DNA of 64,000 bases from Pseudomonadota bacterium. GTDB lineage: Bacteria > Desulfobacterota > Binatia > Binatales > Binataceae. The translations under genes were made by a program, and so were the position numbers. The DNA lies in contig JAJPHZ010000022.1 in assembly GCA_021325025.1 (NCBI GenBank), positions 74,646 through 138,645 of the forward strand, written 5' to 3'. Below, piece after piece: positions 9,432 to 18,267 of the stretch; position 1 is the stretch's first letter; every line of letters starts with the position of its first letter. The notes below the pieces were generated by a model. The model was not told the DNA's origin. It worked only from the letters and a program-made list of their open reading frames with translations, and searched no databases.

Positions 9432-10652
9432 GTGCTGGGGGGACACGAACAGAGCGCCGCACCGGTCAGCGCGCCTCAACCCGTAGCGCGCAGCGCGGCG
9501 ATGCCGGCGCAAAAGCGCGCCATGATGCTGGGGTACCTGACCTACAGCATCGACGCGCGGGTCAAGCGCCAGGTCAAGACGCTGGCCGCGGCCGGCTACG
9601 CCGTGGACGTGATTTGCCTGGCGGACGACATCGGCCAGGCGCGCGACGCCAATCTGATCGGTATCAAGGTGCCGCATTACCGGGGCCTCAGCCGCTGGCG
9701 CTATGTCCGCGCCTACGCAACGTTTTTCATCAAAGCCGCCTGGACCGCGGCGTGCCTGGCGATACGCCATCGCTACGACGTCGCGATCGTCTGCAGCATG
9801 CCCGACTTCATCGTCGCCTGCGCGCTGGGACCCAAGCTGCGCGGCGCGACCATCGTGCTCGACGTGCACGATCCGATGCCGGAACTCTACCGCGTCAAAT
9901 TCGGGCGGCCGGCCGGATGTCTGGGCGAACGGTTGCTGATGCTGGAGGAGCGGGTCAGCGCCTGGATGGCGGACCGGGTCCTGGCCACCCACGACCTGCA
10001 TCTCAGCCGGCTGGTGCAAGCGGGCATTCCGCGCAGCAAGCTGCGCGTCGTGCTCAACGCGCCCAATCCCGAGTTGTTTCCTTACAGCGACCGCCCGCTG
10101 CGGCGCGGCGGCGGTCTGCGCCTGGTCTATCAGGGCACGATGTCGGCGCGGCTGGGGATCGATGTGGCGATCCGCGCAATGCGCCTGCTGCGGGCACGCA
10201 TCCCGGGAATCGAACTGCTGCTGATCGGGAACGGCGAAGCGCTGGAGGATTACAAGCGGCTGGCTGGCGCGCTGGAGGTGGCGGACATCGTGCGCTTCGA
10301 GCCGCCCATCCCCGTGGAGCGCATCGCGCCGGTCCTGCATTCGTGTTCGATTGGCGTGGTCCCCAATCGCGACAATGCCGCCACCCGCCTGATGCTGCCG
10401 GTCAAGCTGATGGAATACGCGATGCTCGGGGTTCCGATCGCGGCGGCGCGGCTTGCGCCAATCCTGCAGTATTTCGACGCGCGTGCGGTGGAATTCTTCG
10501 AGCCGGAGAATCCGGCTGATCTGGCCGCCGCAATCGTGCGGCTTTATGAAAATCCCGACCGCCTTGCGCAAATGGCGGCCGCCGCCAATCGCGTCGCGCT
10601 GCGGCTGAGCTGCGGGTGGAGCGAAAACTACCTGGAGGCGATCGCATCGTGA
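9432..10652 (+). CDS. Family 4 (GT-B) glycosyltransferase
   Basis: C-terminal GT4 core (RLVYQGTMSARLGIDVAIRAMRLL...IELLLIGNGEALEDYKRLAG...LMEYAMLGVPIAAARL). The start is uncertain: GTG 9432 or ATG 9501 / ATG 9522 (MMLGYLTY begins the first beta strand). Confidence 0.7.
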   Translation: MLGGHEQSAAPVSAPQPVARSAAMPAQKRAMMLGYLTYSIDARVKRQVKTLAAAGYAVDVICLADDIGQARDANLIGIKVPHYRGLSRWRYVRAYATFFIKAAWTAACLAIRHRYDVAIVCSMPDFIVACALGPKLRGATIVLDVHDPMPELYRVKFGRPAGCLGERLLMLEERVSAWMADRVLATHDLHLSRLVQAGIPRSKLRVVLNAPNPELFPYSDRPLRRGGGLRLVYQGTMSARLGIDVAIRAMRLLRARIPGIELLLIGNGEALEDYKRLAGALEVADIVRFEPPIPVERIAPVLHSCSIGVVPNRDNAATRLMLPVKLMEYAMLGVPIAAARLAPILQYFDARAVEFFEPENPADLAAAIVRLYENPDRLAQMAAAANRVALRLSCGWSENYLEAIAS

Positions 10653-12574
10653 GCGCACCCACCATTGAGTTCCGCCCCTGGCCGGGCGAGCCGCATTACA
10701 CATCGCTCACCGCTGCCGCGCTCTTCATCGCGGCCCTTTCGATTTGGGCGCTGGCCGTGATGTTGTTCGCACCCGCCGCGATTACGACCCTGGCCCTGTT
10801 CGCCATCGCGCTGCTGTTGGTGTCGGCCGGCCTTGCCTACCAGCGCTCGGACTGGCGCATGCTCGCGTTGCTGCTGGTGGTCGAGGCGCTGCCGTCGGCC
10901 AATCTGCTGCCGATCACCGAAGATCAGCGCCCGCTGGTGCGCTATCCGCTGTACCTGTTCTTCTGCGTTCCAATGCTGCCCAAAGTATGGCGTTCGGGAA
11001 TTCTCTCGCACGGCGGTTTCCGTCTGTATTCGATCTACTTCGCTTGGGCACTGTTGAGCGCTACGTGGTCGCTGGTGCCGATATTCTCCTTCGGCCGCGC
11101 CCTGGCCTCGACCCTGCTGTTCGTGGCGCTGTGCTCGATCGCCCTCGACATCGCCGACAACGACGCGCTGCTGCGCGTCATCCGCTATGTGTTGGCGGCC
11201 TGCGCGATCCTCACCGCAATCATCGCGGTTACCGCCTTCATCCCCGGACTGGAATCCGCCTGGATGTTCGACGCCGAGTTGGGCGCCTATCGCCTGCAAG
11301 GCATCTTCGACTCGCCCAACCAGGTCGGCGAGGTGAACATGATAGCGATCGGCGCGGCGCTGGCCAGTTGGCAGTCCCTGCGTACCCGCACCTACAAGCT
11401 CGGTGCTGCGTTGCTGATCGTGGTCTCGGTGCTGATGATGGTCGCGGCGGACTCGCGCTCGGCGGCGGTTGCGATGATCGTGAGCATGGCGGCGCTGGCG
11501 ATCTGGCGCTTTGGATGGCGCGGCGTGTTCGGGGTGATGGTGGGCGTAGCGGCCGGGGTGTTCGTAGCCGGTCAGTTAAGTCCGCAGGCGCTGCTGTACC
11601 TGACCCGCAGCGACGTCGCAACGCTAACCGGCCGCACCCAGGTGATGCATTTTTCGCTGCATCGAGTGATGGAAAATCCGCTGCTCGGTTATGGTTTCGG
11701 CGCCGAGGGACAAATCTTCCACAACCGCTATTTCCCGTTGTGGGAAGACCTGTGGACGTGGGGACCGCGCATCCCCATCCATAACGGCTATCTCTCGCGT
11801 GCCGTCGGACTGGGCGTGCCCGCCGCGCTGCTGTGGGCGTTTTTGTTTGCGCGCCCGTTCGTGGTGCTGTTCAGCCGGCCCGCGGACCCCTACGGACTGC
11901 GCAAGCCCGTGGTGTTGCTGCTCGTGCTGCCGGTGCTCATTTTGTATCTGAGCGAAACCCTGGGCGGCGATTGCCGCTTCCCGGCCGGAATCGTCAGCAC
12001 GCTGGTGTGGGCGGTGGCAGAAAAGGAACGCCTGCGCGCCACGGGCGCGTTGCCTGCGCGCAATCAGTCGGCCTCAACCCCGGCGCCCGTGGTGCCCCGG
12101 CGCGCAATGTCCCGCCTGTTGTTCCTCGCCGGTTTCATCTTGCCAATAACCATCGCGTCCGCGCGCAGCGCCCACGCCTACCGCCTGCATGTCCCGTGCA
12201 CCAGCAGCCACGATTGCCCGCGCGGCGCGTTTTGCCGCCATAAGACGAATTTCCGCGGCCAGTGCATCGTGCCGCCCCTGATGCCGTTCGGCGTGTTTGA
12301 ACGGCGCCAGATCGAATTTCCCGCCCAGCCCCTTCCTTTCGAGCACGCGCCGGGCTCGATAGCGGTGCTGCGATGCTCGGTCAAAGAGCCCTGTCCGCCC
12401 GGCTTCGTGTGCGCGAAATACGGCACCTCCAGTCTGAAAGAATCGCTGTGTGTGCCTTCCTCCGAACCGTGCTGGTCAACCGCCGACTGCGCTCCGGAGG
12501 ACATCTGTGACAAGGCCAACGATGAATTCAGCCTCACCGGCGTCTGCCGGCCGCGCGAGGAGGTCGGGGAATAG
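10649..12574 (+). CDS. O-antigen polymerase/ligase-family membrane protein (Wzy-like) with a C-terminal Cys-rich extracytoplasmic extension
   Basis: GTG start overlaps the upstream stop (GTGA). Multiple TM helices and a Wzy_C-like loop (VLMMVAADSRSAAVAMIVSMAALAIW...HFSLHRVMENPLLGYGFG). The C-terminal roughly 130 aa carry three Cys-rich units (HDCPRGAFCRH...GQC; EPCPPGFVCAKYG...SLC; EPCWSTADCAPEDICDK...GVC). Confidence 0.7.
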   Translation: MSAPTIEFRPWPGEPHYTSLTAAALFIAALSIWALAVMLFAPAAITTLALFAIALLLVSAGLAYQRSDWRMLALLLVVEALPSANLLPITEDQRPLVRYPLYLFFCVPMLPKVWRSGILSHGGFRLYSIYFAWALLSATWSLVPIFSFGRALASTLLFVALCSIALDIADNDALLRVIRYVLAACAILTAIIAVTAFIPGLESAWMFDAELGAYRLQGIFDSPNQVGEVNMIAIGAALASWQSLRTRTYKLGAALLIVVSVLMMVAADSRSAAVAMIVSMAALAIWRFGWRGVFGVMVGVAAGVFVAGQLSPQALLYLTRSDVATLTGRTQVMHFSLHRVMENPLLGYGFGAEGQIFHNRYFPLWEDLWTWGPRIPIHNGYLSRAVGLGVPAALLWAFLFARPFVVLFSRPADPYGLRKPVVLLLVLPVLILYLSETLGGDCRFPAGIVSTLVWAVAEKERLRATGALPARNQSASTPAPVVPRRAMSRLLFLAGFILPITIASARSAHAYRLHVPCTSSHDCPRGAFCRHKTNFRGQCIVPPLMPFGVFERRQIEFPAQPLPFEHAPGSIAVLRCSVKEPCPPGFVCAKYGTSSLKESLCVPSSEPCWSTADCAPEDICDKANDEFSLTGVCRPREEVGE

Positions 12575-12623
12575 CGGTAACGCGCGCGCCCCGATCTCCA
12601 AACAAGGCGCGCGGAGCGCGGCG

Positions 12624-13487
12624 ATGGGCCTGATTGGCAACACCCCGTTGACCGTGCTGCGCGCCGCCGGCCGGACCTCGCGCTTGATTGCCGGCCTCGG
12701 CGCGCGCTCCGCAGGCGGGCGCTGCCTAATCCTGACCTACCATGACTTCGTCGACCGCGCCGCCGCCGACCTGTTTGCGCGGCAGATGCAATATCTAAGC
12801 GTTGCCGCAAGTGTGGTCACGCTGGACGCGCTGCTTGAGGCGGCGCACCGCGGCGCATCTCACGGCATCCGCTGCGCAATCACCTTCGACGATGGCTACG
12901 AAGCGGTTTACCGCGAGGCCCTCCCGCATCTGCAGGAACATGGCTTTCCGGCGACGCTATACCTCGCGAGCGGTTTCATCCGCGAATCATTGAATTTCGC
13001 CGATTGCAGCGGGCGGTCGGGACTGCGCCCGGGACGCCCGATGCTGTCATGGCGCCAGGTGCGTGAACTGGACCGATGCGGCGTATGCGTCGGCTCGCAC
13101 ATGAGCGAGCATGGCGATCTGTCGGTTTTAGGCAGGCACGAGGCGATGGAGCAGTTGCGCCGCTCGCGCATCGAGATAGAGCAGCGCCTGGGCAAGCGCT
13201 GCGAGCATTTCGCCTATCCCTTCGGCCGCTTCACCGCGCAGGCTGTGCAGTGGGTGCGCGAAGCGGGGTTTCGCACCGCCGCGACCACGGTGCATCGGCC
13301 GCTGCGCGCCAACGACGATCTCTTGAGGCTGCCCAGGGCGGGCATCCAGGAGCGCTATTCGCTGGAGGATTTCAAAAGCATCATCCGCGGCGACTGGGAC
13401 TTCATCGGCCTGCTCCAAACCCTGCGCCGCCCCGCCTTGCGGATGACTTGTGCGCGCGCTACGCGGTCACCTTACCCCGGTTCGTAA
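12624..13487 (+). CDS. Polysaccharide deacetylase (NodB-homology / CE4 family)
   Basis: NodB motifs: TFDDGY (motif 1), H-x4-H-like CVGSHMSEHGDL, and FAYPFG (motif 3-like). Confidence 0.7.
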   Translation: MGLIGNTPLTVLRAAGRTSRLIAGLGARSAGGRCLILTYHDFVDRAAADLFARQMQYLSVAASVVTLDALLEAAHRGASHGIRCAITFDDGYEAVYREALPHLQEHGFPATLYLASGFIRESLNFADCSGRSGLRPGRPMLSWRQVRELDRCGVCVGSHMSEHGDLSVLGRHEAMEQLRRSRIEIEQRLGKRCEHFAYPFGRFTAQAVQWVREAGFRTAATTVHRPLRANDDLLRLPRAGIQERYSLEDFKSIIRGDWDFIGLLQTLRRPALRMTCARATRSPYPGS

Positions 13488-14030
13488 GTAGTGTAGTCTG
13501 ATGTTTTGTCCCTGATTGCGGTAGTCGAGCAAAGGGTTCATCGAAGTTTGGCGCTGTGACTACAGCTGGCCCCGCCCGCGTGCCTTGGAGCGCAAGACTC
13601 TTAGAGCGGCCGTTTCGGCGTATCAGCACGACGGAGGACAGATCCCATCTTGGGACTCGCTGATTCGGCCCACTTTGGCCATGTTCTTACGCGCCCAATT
13701 CGCACCCATCGCCATGCTATAAGAGACTCCCCTCAAGGGGCGAGTTCCAGGCGGGGCGGCGCTCGAATTTCTTTCCGTCCAAGTGCCTATCGAAGGCGAT
13801 AGATATATTTCACTGGCCTTGGTTCATTACACTATCCGTGGCGCGTGACCCTCACGCTGAGAGGATTTTTCGACATGTGTGCCAGATTCGGACCGTGCGC
13901 CGCCGGCGATCCATCGCTTGTCCGCGGTTGGCATCGCCTGCCGGCAGCGCCGCGCACGCGAAAAAAATTTCGGTGGTGGAGCGGGTGTCCGGGGTTATCA
14001 TCTTTGAAGACTTTTGCCTTGGAGCATGCC

Positions 14031-14504
14031 ATGTGCAGACATCTTCTACTTGCCGCCCTGGTGCTGATGCCGGGATGCAGCGCGGTCAACTGGCAGAACT
14101 TCACCAGCTCTGCGCCCCAGCAAACCGTCGAGGCGCACCGCTTTGTGCTGGTTGACGCAAACGGTAAGCCGATCGCGGAATTAGGCGCGGCGCCGGGCGG
14201 TTCGGGACTGGTGCTGATGGATTCCACCGGCAAGCCGCGCGCCGCGCTGGTGCTGACCCGCAGCGGCGAACCGGGCCTGAAACTGTACGATCGCGCCGGC
14301 GTGGTGCGGGCGGCCCTGGTGGTCGCCAATGACGGCCGCTCGGGGGTGGCCCTTTATGATGAGCACAGCCGCAACCGCGCGGCACTAGCTACCAACCCTC
14401 AAGGCGCGGCAGCGCTGATGCTGTTGGACGGCGCCGGCCAACCCACCGCGGTCCTGCCTTCCTCCCCTGCACGCGGCACGCCGGCCAGCGCGCAATCAGG
14501 ATGA
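14031..14504 (+). CDS. Small secreted lipoprotein of unknown function with tandem roughly 17-aa repeats
   Basis: Lipoprotein signal MCRHLLLAALVLMPGC. At least five degenerate repeats of the form [LV]-x-D-x-x-G-K/Q-P-x-A-x-L (VLVDANGKPIAEL, VLMDSTGKPRAAL, KLYDRAGVVRAAL, ALYDEHSRNRAAL, MLLDGAGQPTAVL). Confidence 0.5.
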   Translation: MCRHLLLAALVLMPGCSAVNWQNFTSSAPQQTVEAHRFVLVDANGKPIAELGAAPGGSGLVLMDSTGKPRAALVLTRSGEPGLKLYDRAGVVRAALVVANDGRSGVALYDEHSRNRAALATNPQGAAALMLLDGAGQPTAVLPSSPARGTPASAQSG

Positions 14505-15692
14505 CCAACGCAGATCGGAATGCTTGGCGTGCTGCAAACGCGTGCCGCAGTTGCGGCATCCGGCGCTATGGCGCTCCAACAACGCCGAACACCCCGGGCA
14601 TCGGCGGCTCGTCGCGCGCACGAATCCATAGGCGCTCGCCGCCGACAACATCATCACGATCGCCATCGCCGCCGCGGTTGGAAGCGATGGGTTCGGGATA
14701 TCCGAAAAACTCCCGCTGATGGTCCAGTTCTGAATGTGTTGTCCGGCCGGCCGAATCGCCGGTGGCTCGGGAGCGACCGCGATCGAGGTTAGGAGTGAGT
14801 CGCCGGGATTGACGACCAGCACCGGTGCGGCCTGCTGAATCGCACCGGTCCCGTCGCGGCTGCGCGCCGGCGCCTCGGGCATCCTCTGATCGGGCCGTCT
14901 CACAACAGTTTGATCGGGCCGCTTCACAACAGAGGGAGCACGCGCCGCTTGCGGCATGGCCGGCGGGGCATCAGCAGCCAGAGCAGCGCGCCGTTGGGGC
15001 GGCGGGTCCGAATGCCGCGAACGTACCGGTGCTTCATCGGACTGATCCTGGTCGGTGGAGGTGGAGGGATGGTCCGCTCCGGTGCTGGAGGCGGCATTGG
15101 ATGATACCGACACGGACACGCGCGCGGTCGCATCTACCGCAGCCGTCACGCTGGGCAGCGCGGGCAGGCCGTTGACCGCCGAACTCAAGGCGGCGTCGGC
15201 GGAAGCAGCCACGGCGGCGGCCGCCGCCGCCGTGTAGCCCAACGCCTGCGCCATCCCTCGATCCGGCTGGAATGGCCCGACGCCCATTTGCAGGGCCGCT
15301 CTTTGCGCCGCCAGCGCTGCGCCGTCGGTGGTGCCGCTGACCGAATCCGTCGTTGACAGCGATGCCGTGGTACCACTGCCGCTGACATCGGCGCCGCCGC
15401 CGGCAGAGGTGCTGGCGCCGGCCGCAGCACCGCCGCTGCCAATCGCGGCGCCGCCGCTCGCTCCAACGCTGCCGCCGCCAACCGACAGGCCCGTGCTCGC
15501 ACCTACGCCGCCGCTGCCGCCAGGGGCCACGCCCGCCCCGATTGCAACCCCGGGCGCGCCGACACCCACCGACACGCCGCCCACCGCGACGCTCACGCCG
15601 CCAAATCCCAGGCAGGGCCAAGCGCCGAAGAACAACCCGGCCACACCGAACGACACCGCGGCAACCACCCTGATTATGCGCGCAAAGCTCAT
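14496..15692 (-). CDS. Gly/Ala/Ser-rich low-complexity membrane protein with a C-terminal CxxC-x10-CxxC zinc ribbon (unknown function)
   Basis: GAGGAG RBS 9 nt upstream of the ATG on the minus strand. An N-terminal hydrophobic segment is followed by a long GASV-rich region, a second TM helix (LPTAAAMAIVMMLSAASAYGFV), then CPGCSALLERHSAGCRNC. Only short ORFs lie on the opposite strand. High GC inflates ORF lengths, so confidence is moderate. Confidence 0.4.
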   Translation of the reverse strand: MSFARIIRVVAAVSFGVAGLFFGAWPCLGFGGVSVAVGGVSVGVGAPGVAIGAGVAPGGSGGVGASTGLSVGGGSVGASGGAAIGSGGAAAGASTSAGGGADVSGSGTTASLSTTDSVSGTTDGAALAAQRAALQMGVGPFQPDRGMAQALGYTAAAAAAVAASADAALSSAVNGLPALPSVTAAVDATARVSVSVSSNAASSTGADHPSTSTDQDQSDEAPVRSRHSDPPPQRRAALAADAPPAMPQAARAPSVVKRPDQTVVRRPDQRMPEAPARSRDGTGAIQQAAPVLVVNPGDSLLTSIAVAPEPPAIRPAGQHIQNWTISGSFSDIPNPSLPTAAAMAIVMMLSAASAYGFVRATSRRCPGCSALLERHSAGCRNCGTRLQHAKHSDLRWSS

Positions 15693-15874
15693 CGCCCGTA
15701 GCTCCTCAAAGACGAAAAGAAAGCCATCGCTAAGAGTCTAACCCGCAACGCCACGCAAAGGCGATGAAATTGTTGGGCGTCGAACTGGGCCGATTGCCCC
15801 CTGGCCAATCGCCATGCACGCCGGACAAATGATTGAAGGACAAGCCAAAAAGCTTGACAGCATGCCTTCCAACC

Positions 15875-15889
15875 AATAGATGAGTTAGG
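15875..15889 (+). promoter_or_regulatory. Conserved 15-nt motif TTAGGCAATAGGGTA abutting the rrf2 start, repeated upstream of yezD (16381..16395, TAAGTCAATAGGGTA)
   Basis: The two copies share 13 of 15 positions and both are preceded by short tandem repeats (CCAATAGATGAG / TAAGTCtagTAAGTC). This may be an Rrf2 operator and/or a shared SD context. Confidence 0.35.
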
Positions 15890-15898
15890 CAATAGGGT

Positions 15899-16357
15899 AT
15901 GTTATCAAACAAGACCAAATATGCTCTCAAGGCGCTTCAGGTTTTGGCCAAGGAGTACGGTCAGGGGCCGGTGCTGATTTCGGAAATTGCGCGGCGCGAG
16001 AACATCCCCGCCAAGTTTCTCGAGCTGATCCTGTTGGAGTTGAAAAACCAGGGCATTCTGCAGAGCAAAAAGGGCAAGGGCGGCGGCTATTTTCTTGCTC
16101 GTCCGCCCCAGTCGGTGAGCGTCGGCCAAGTGGTGCGGGTGATGGAGGGGCCACTGGCACCGCTGCCCTGCGTCAGCCGCACCTCGTACATGCGCTGCCG
16201 CGAATGCCGCGATGAACGCAGCTGCGGTATCCGTCTGGTCATGAAAGACGTGCGCGACGCGACCGCGAAAATCCTGGATTCCACCACCTTGGCCGACGTC
16301 TTGAAGCGCGTCGAAGCGGTGGTGGCGGGCCGGGAGGGGCTGCACTACTCGATCTGA
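15899..16357 (+). CDS. Rrf2-family transcriptional regulator (IscR/NsrR/CymR class) with three C-terminal Cys cluster ligands
   Basis: Typical Rrf2 N-terminus (KTKYALKALQVLAKEYGQGPVLISEIARRENIPAKFLELILLELKNQGIL) and Cys ligands in PLPCVSRTSYMRCRECRDERSC. Confidence 0.85.
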   Translation: MLSNKTKYALKALQVLAKEYGQGPVLISEIARRENIPAKFLELILLELKNQGILQSKKGKGGGYFLARPPQSVSVGQVVRVMEGPLAPLPCVSRTSYMRCRECRDERSCGIRLVMKDVRDATAKILDSTTLADVLKRVEAVVAGREGLHYSI

Positions 16358-16401
16358 AATTTTTTTGGCTATAAGTCTAGTAAGTCAATAGGGTAAATCG
16401 T

Positions 16402-16608
16402 ATGCGAGAAGAAGACAGCACCCGGACCGGCAACCAGTTGCCCGACCCCGATCAGAGGCTGGAGGCGGCGATCGCTGAAATCCGCCGCGCGATCAAAAAT
16501 GTCCGCTTCGGCTCAGTGGAGATCACCATCCACGATTCCCGCGTGGTGCAGATCGAGCGCAAGGAGAAGGTCCGCCTGGAGCCGCCCGCGCGGCTCAGAA
16601 CGCAATGA
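16402..16608 (+). CDS. YezD/DUF2292-family small protein
   Basis: The core FGSVEITIHDSRVVQIERKEKVRL fits the DUF2292 pattern (a ...GS[VI]E[IV]..HD.K[IV]VQIE..EK.R motif, recalled from memory). Length about 68 aa. Confidence 0.6.
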   Translation: MREEDSTRTGNQLPDPDQRLEAAIAEIRRAIKNVRFGSVEITIHDSRVVQIERKEKVRLEPPARLRTQ

Positions 16609-16755
16609 AGGGCGAGCCGTAGCCCGGCGAAGGCTCTACTTTTTGTAGATCAAGCATGTCCACCAGGCCGCTGGAGACGCGATGCGCATGGGGTTTGAGG
16701 AATCTGACCGGATCACCGGAAGCCTCCTCGTTGGAAACGAAAGGCAAACGAGGCG

Positions 16756-18204
16756 ATGGCGAGCAATCGGTGGTCATGGCCGCATCTGGCGGCGGCCGCG
16801 TGGCTGTTGGCGGCGGTTTCGCCGGCGTCGGCCCAGTCCACGGCCGCGACGGTGCGCGAACTGCAAAGGCGCATCGAGCAACTGGAGCGGCAGGTCCAGG
16901 CCCTGCAAGCGGCCAACCAGCGCAAGGAGCGCAGTCTTCAGGCGGTCGATCGGCGGGTTGAGGTGCTGGACCGCAAGGTCGAGGTCCAACAGCAGGCCCA
17001 GCGGCACATCACCCAGTCGCTGCCCAAGGTCGATTTCGACTACAAGGACCAGGGCGGTCTAACACTTAAGAGCGCGGACGGCGCCAATCGCTTCACGGTC
17101 GGCGGATGGTTTCAGGCCGACGGCCGCTATTACACGACCCAGTCGCCCGGCGCGGCAAGTACCTTTCTGATCCGCCGCGCGCGCCCCTTTTTGGAGGGGA
17201 CGGTTGACAACTACTACGACTTCCGGATGATGCCGGACTTTGGCCAGGGCACGGTCACGCTGCAGGACGCCTACGCCGACGTCCATTATTTTCCGCAGTT
17301 GCGCCTGCGCGCGGGCAAGTTCAAAGAGCCGGTGGGGCTGGAGCGCTGGCAGGACGACCGCTGGAACGAGTTCGCCGAACGCGCGCTGACCAATCAACTG
17401 GTGCCCGACCGCGACATTGGCCTGCAGTTCCACGGCAAGCTGTGGGACGATCTGCTCGAGTACCATCTGGGCGTGTTCAACGGGTCGACCGACGCGGTGG
17501 TCACGCCCGATTTCGACTTCAACAACGCCAAGGACCTCTTGGGCCGCATCTTCGTGCGTCCCTTTGCCCGCGTCCACAGCGAGGCGCTGTCGGGCCTGGG
17601 GGTCGGATTTGCCGCGACCTACGGCACCTCGGAGAAGAACATCCCGCTGGATACCTACCGGACCGCGGCGCAAAACGTTTTCTTTCAGTACAACAAGAAC
17701 GCGTTCGCGGCCGGCAACCGTTACCGATACTCGCCGCAATTCTATTACTATGCCGGCCCCTTCGGTGTGCTGGGCGAGTTTGTCTACAATTCGCAGGAGG
17801 TCGGGGTGTTCGATCCTGTCCTCGGCGTGCGCACCCGCCAGATTTCCAATTACGCCTGGAACCTTACCGGCAGTTACGTGCTGACCGGCGAACGGGCGTC
17901 CTTTGAGGGGATCAACCCGCGCCACAACTTCGATCCGCGCGCCGGCTATTGGGGCGCGTTCGAGATTGTCGCACGCATCGATCAATTGGTGGTCGACGAG
18001 GACGCCTTCAACGGCGGCTTCGCCAATCCGTCCACCTCGGCGGGATGGGCCCTGGAGTGGGGCGTGGGAGTCAATTGGTGGCTGTCGCGCCGGCTCAAGC
18101 TGCAAACCGACTACGTGCGCACCACCTTCCATAAGGGCGCGCCCAATGGCGGCAGCCGCACGCCAGAGAGCGCCTTTTTGCAGGAACTGCAGATCCTGTT
18201 CTGA
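16756..18204 (+). CDS. OprO/OprP-family anion (phosphate)-selective outer-membrane porin
   Basis: Signal peptide ending ASAQS, an N-terminal coiled-coil (ELQRRIEQLERQVQALQAANQ), then a beta-barrel region with family-like motifs (RFTVGGWFQADGRYY, FLIRRARPFLEG, FRMMPDFG). Confidence 0.7.
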   Translation: MASNRWSWPHLAAAAWLLAAVSPASAQSTAATVRELQRRIEQLERQVQALQAANQRKERSLQAVDRRVEVLDRKVEVQQQAQRHITQSLPKVDFDYKDQGGLTLKSADGANRFTVGGWFQADGRYYTTQSPGAASTFLIRRARPFLEGTVDNYYDFRMMPDFGQGTVTLQDAYADVHYFPQLRLRAGKFKEPVGLERWQDDRWNEFAERALTNQLVPDRDIGLQFHGKLWDDLLEYHLGVFNGSTDAVVTPDFDFNNAKDLLGRIFVRPFARVHSEALSGLGVGFAATYGTSEKNIPLDTYRTAAQNVFFQYNKNAFAAGNRYRYSPQFYYYAGPFGVLGEFVYNSQEVGVFDPVLGVRTRQISNYAWNLTGSYVLTGERASFEGINPRHNFDPRAGYWGAFEIVARIDQLVVDEDAFNGGFANPSTSAGWALEWGVGVNWWLSRRLKLQTDYVRTTFHKGAPNGGSRTPESAFLQELQILF

Positions 18205-18267
18205 GCCTTGGCGACCGGATTATCGCGCCCGAGCCGGCCTGTTTGAATCGCAAGGAGATAAAACCTC

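Noticed and set aside
9366-10703. 445-aa minus-strand ORF antisense to the GT4 gene
   Set aside because: Same reasoning: the opposite strand encodes a clear GT4 with conserved motifs.
13832-14329. 165-aa minus-strand ORF overlapping the repeat lipoprotein
   Set aside because: It is antisense to a + strand ORF that has a textbook lipoprotein signal peptide. There is no RBS or domain.
15328-15741. 137-aa Pro-rich + strand ORF mirroring the Gly-rich minus-strand ORF
   Set aside because: It is the reverse-complement reading of the Gly/Ala-rich gene (GGN/GCN to NCC/NGC gives Pro/Ala). It is shorter, lacks an RBS, and is interrupted by stops on either side.
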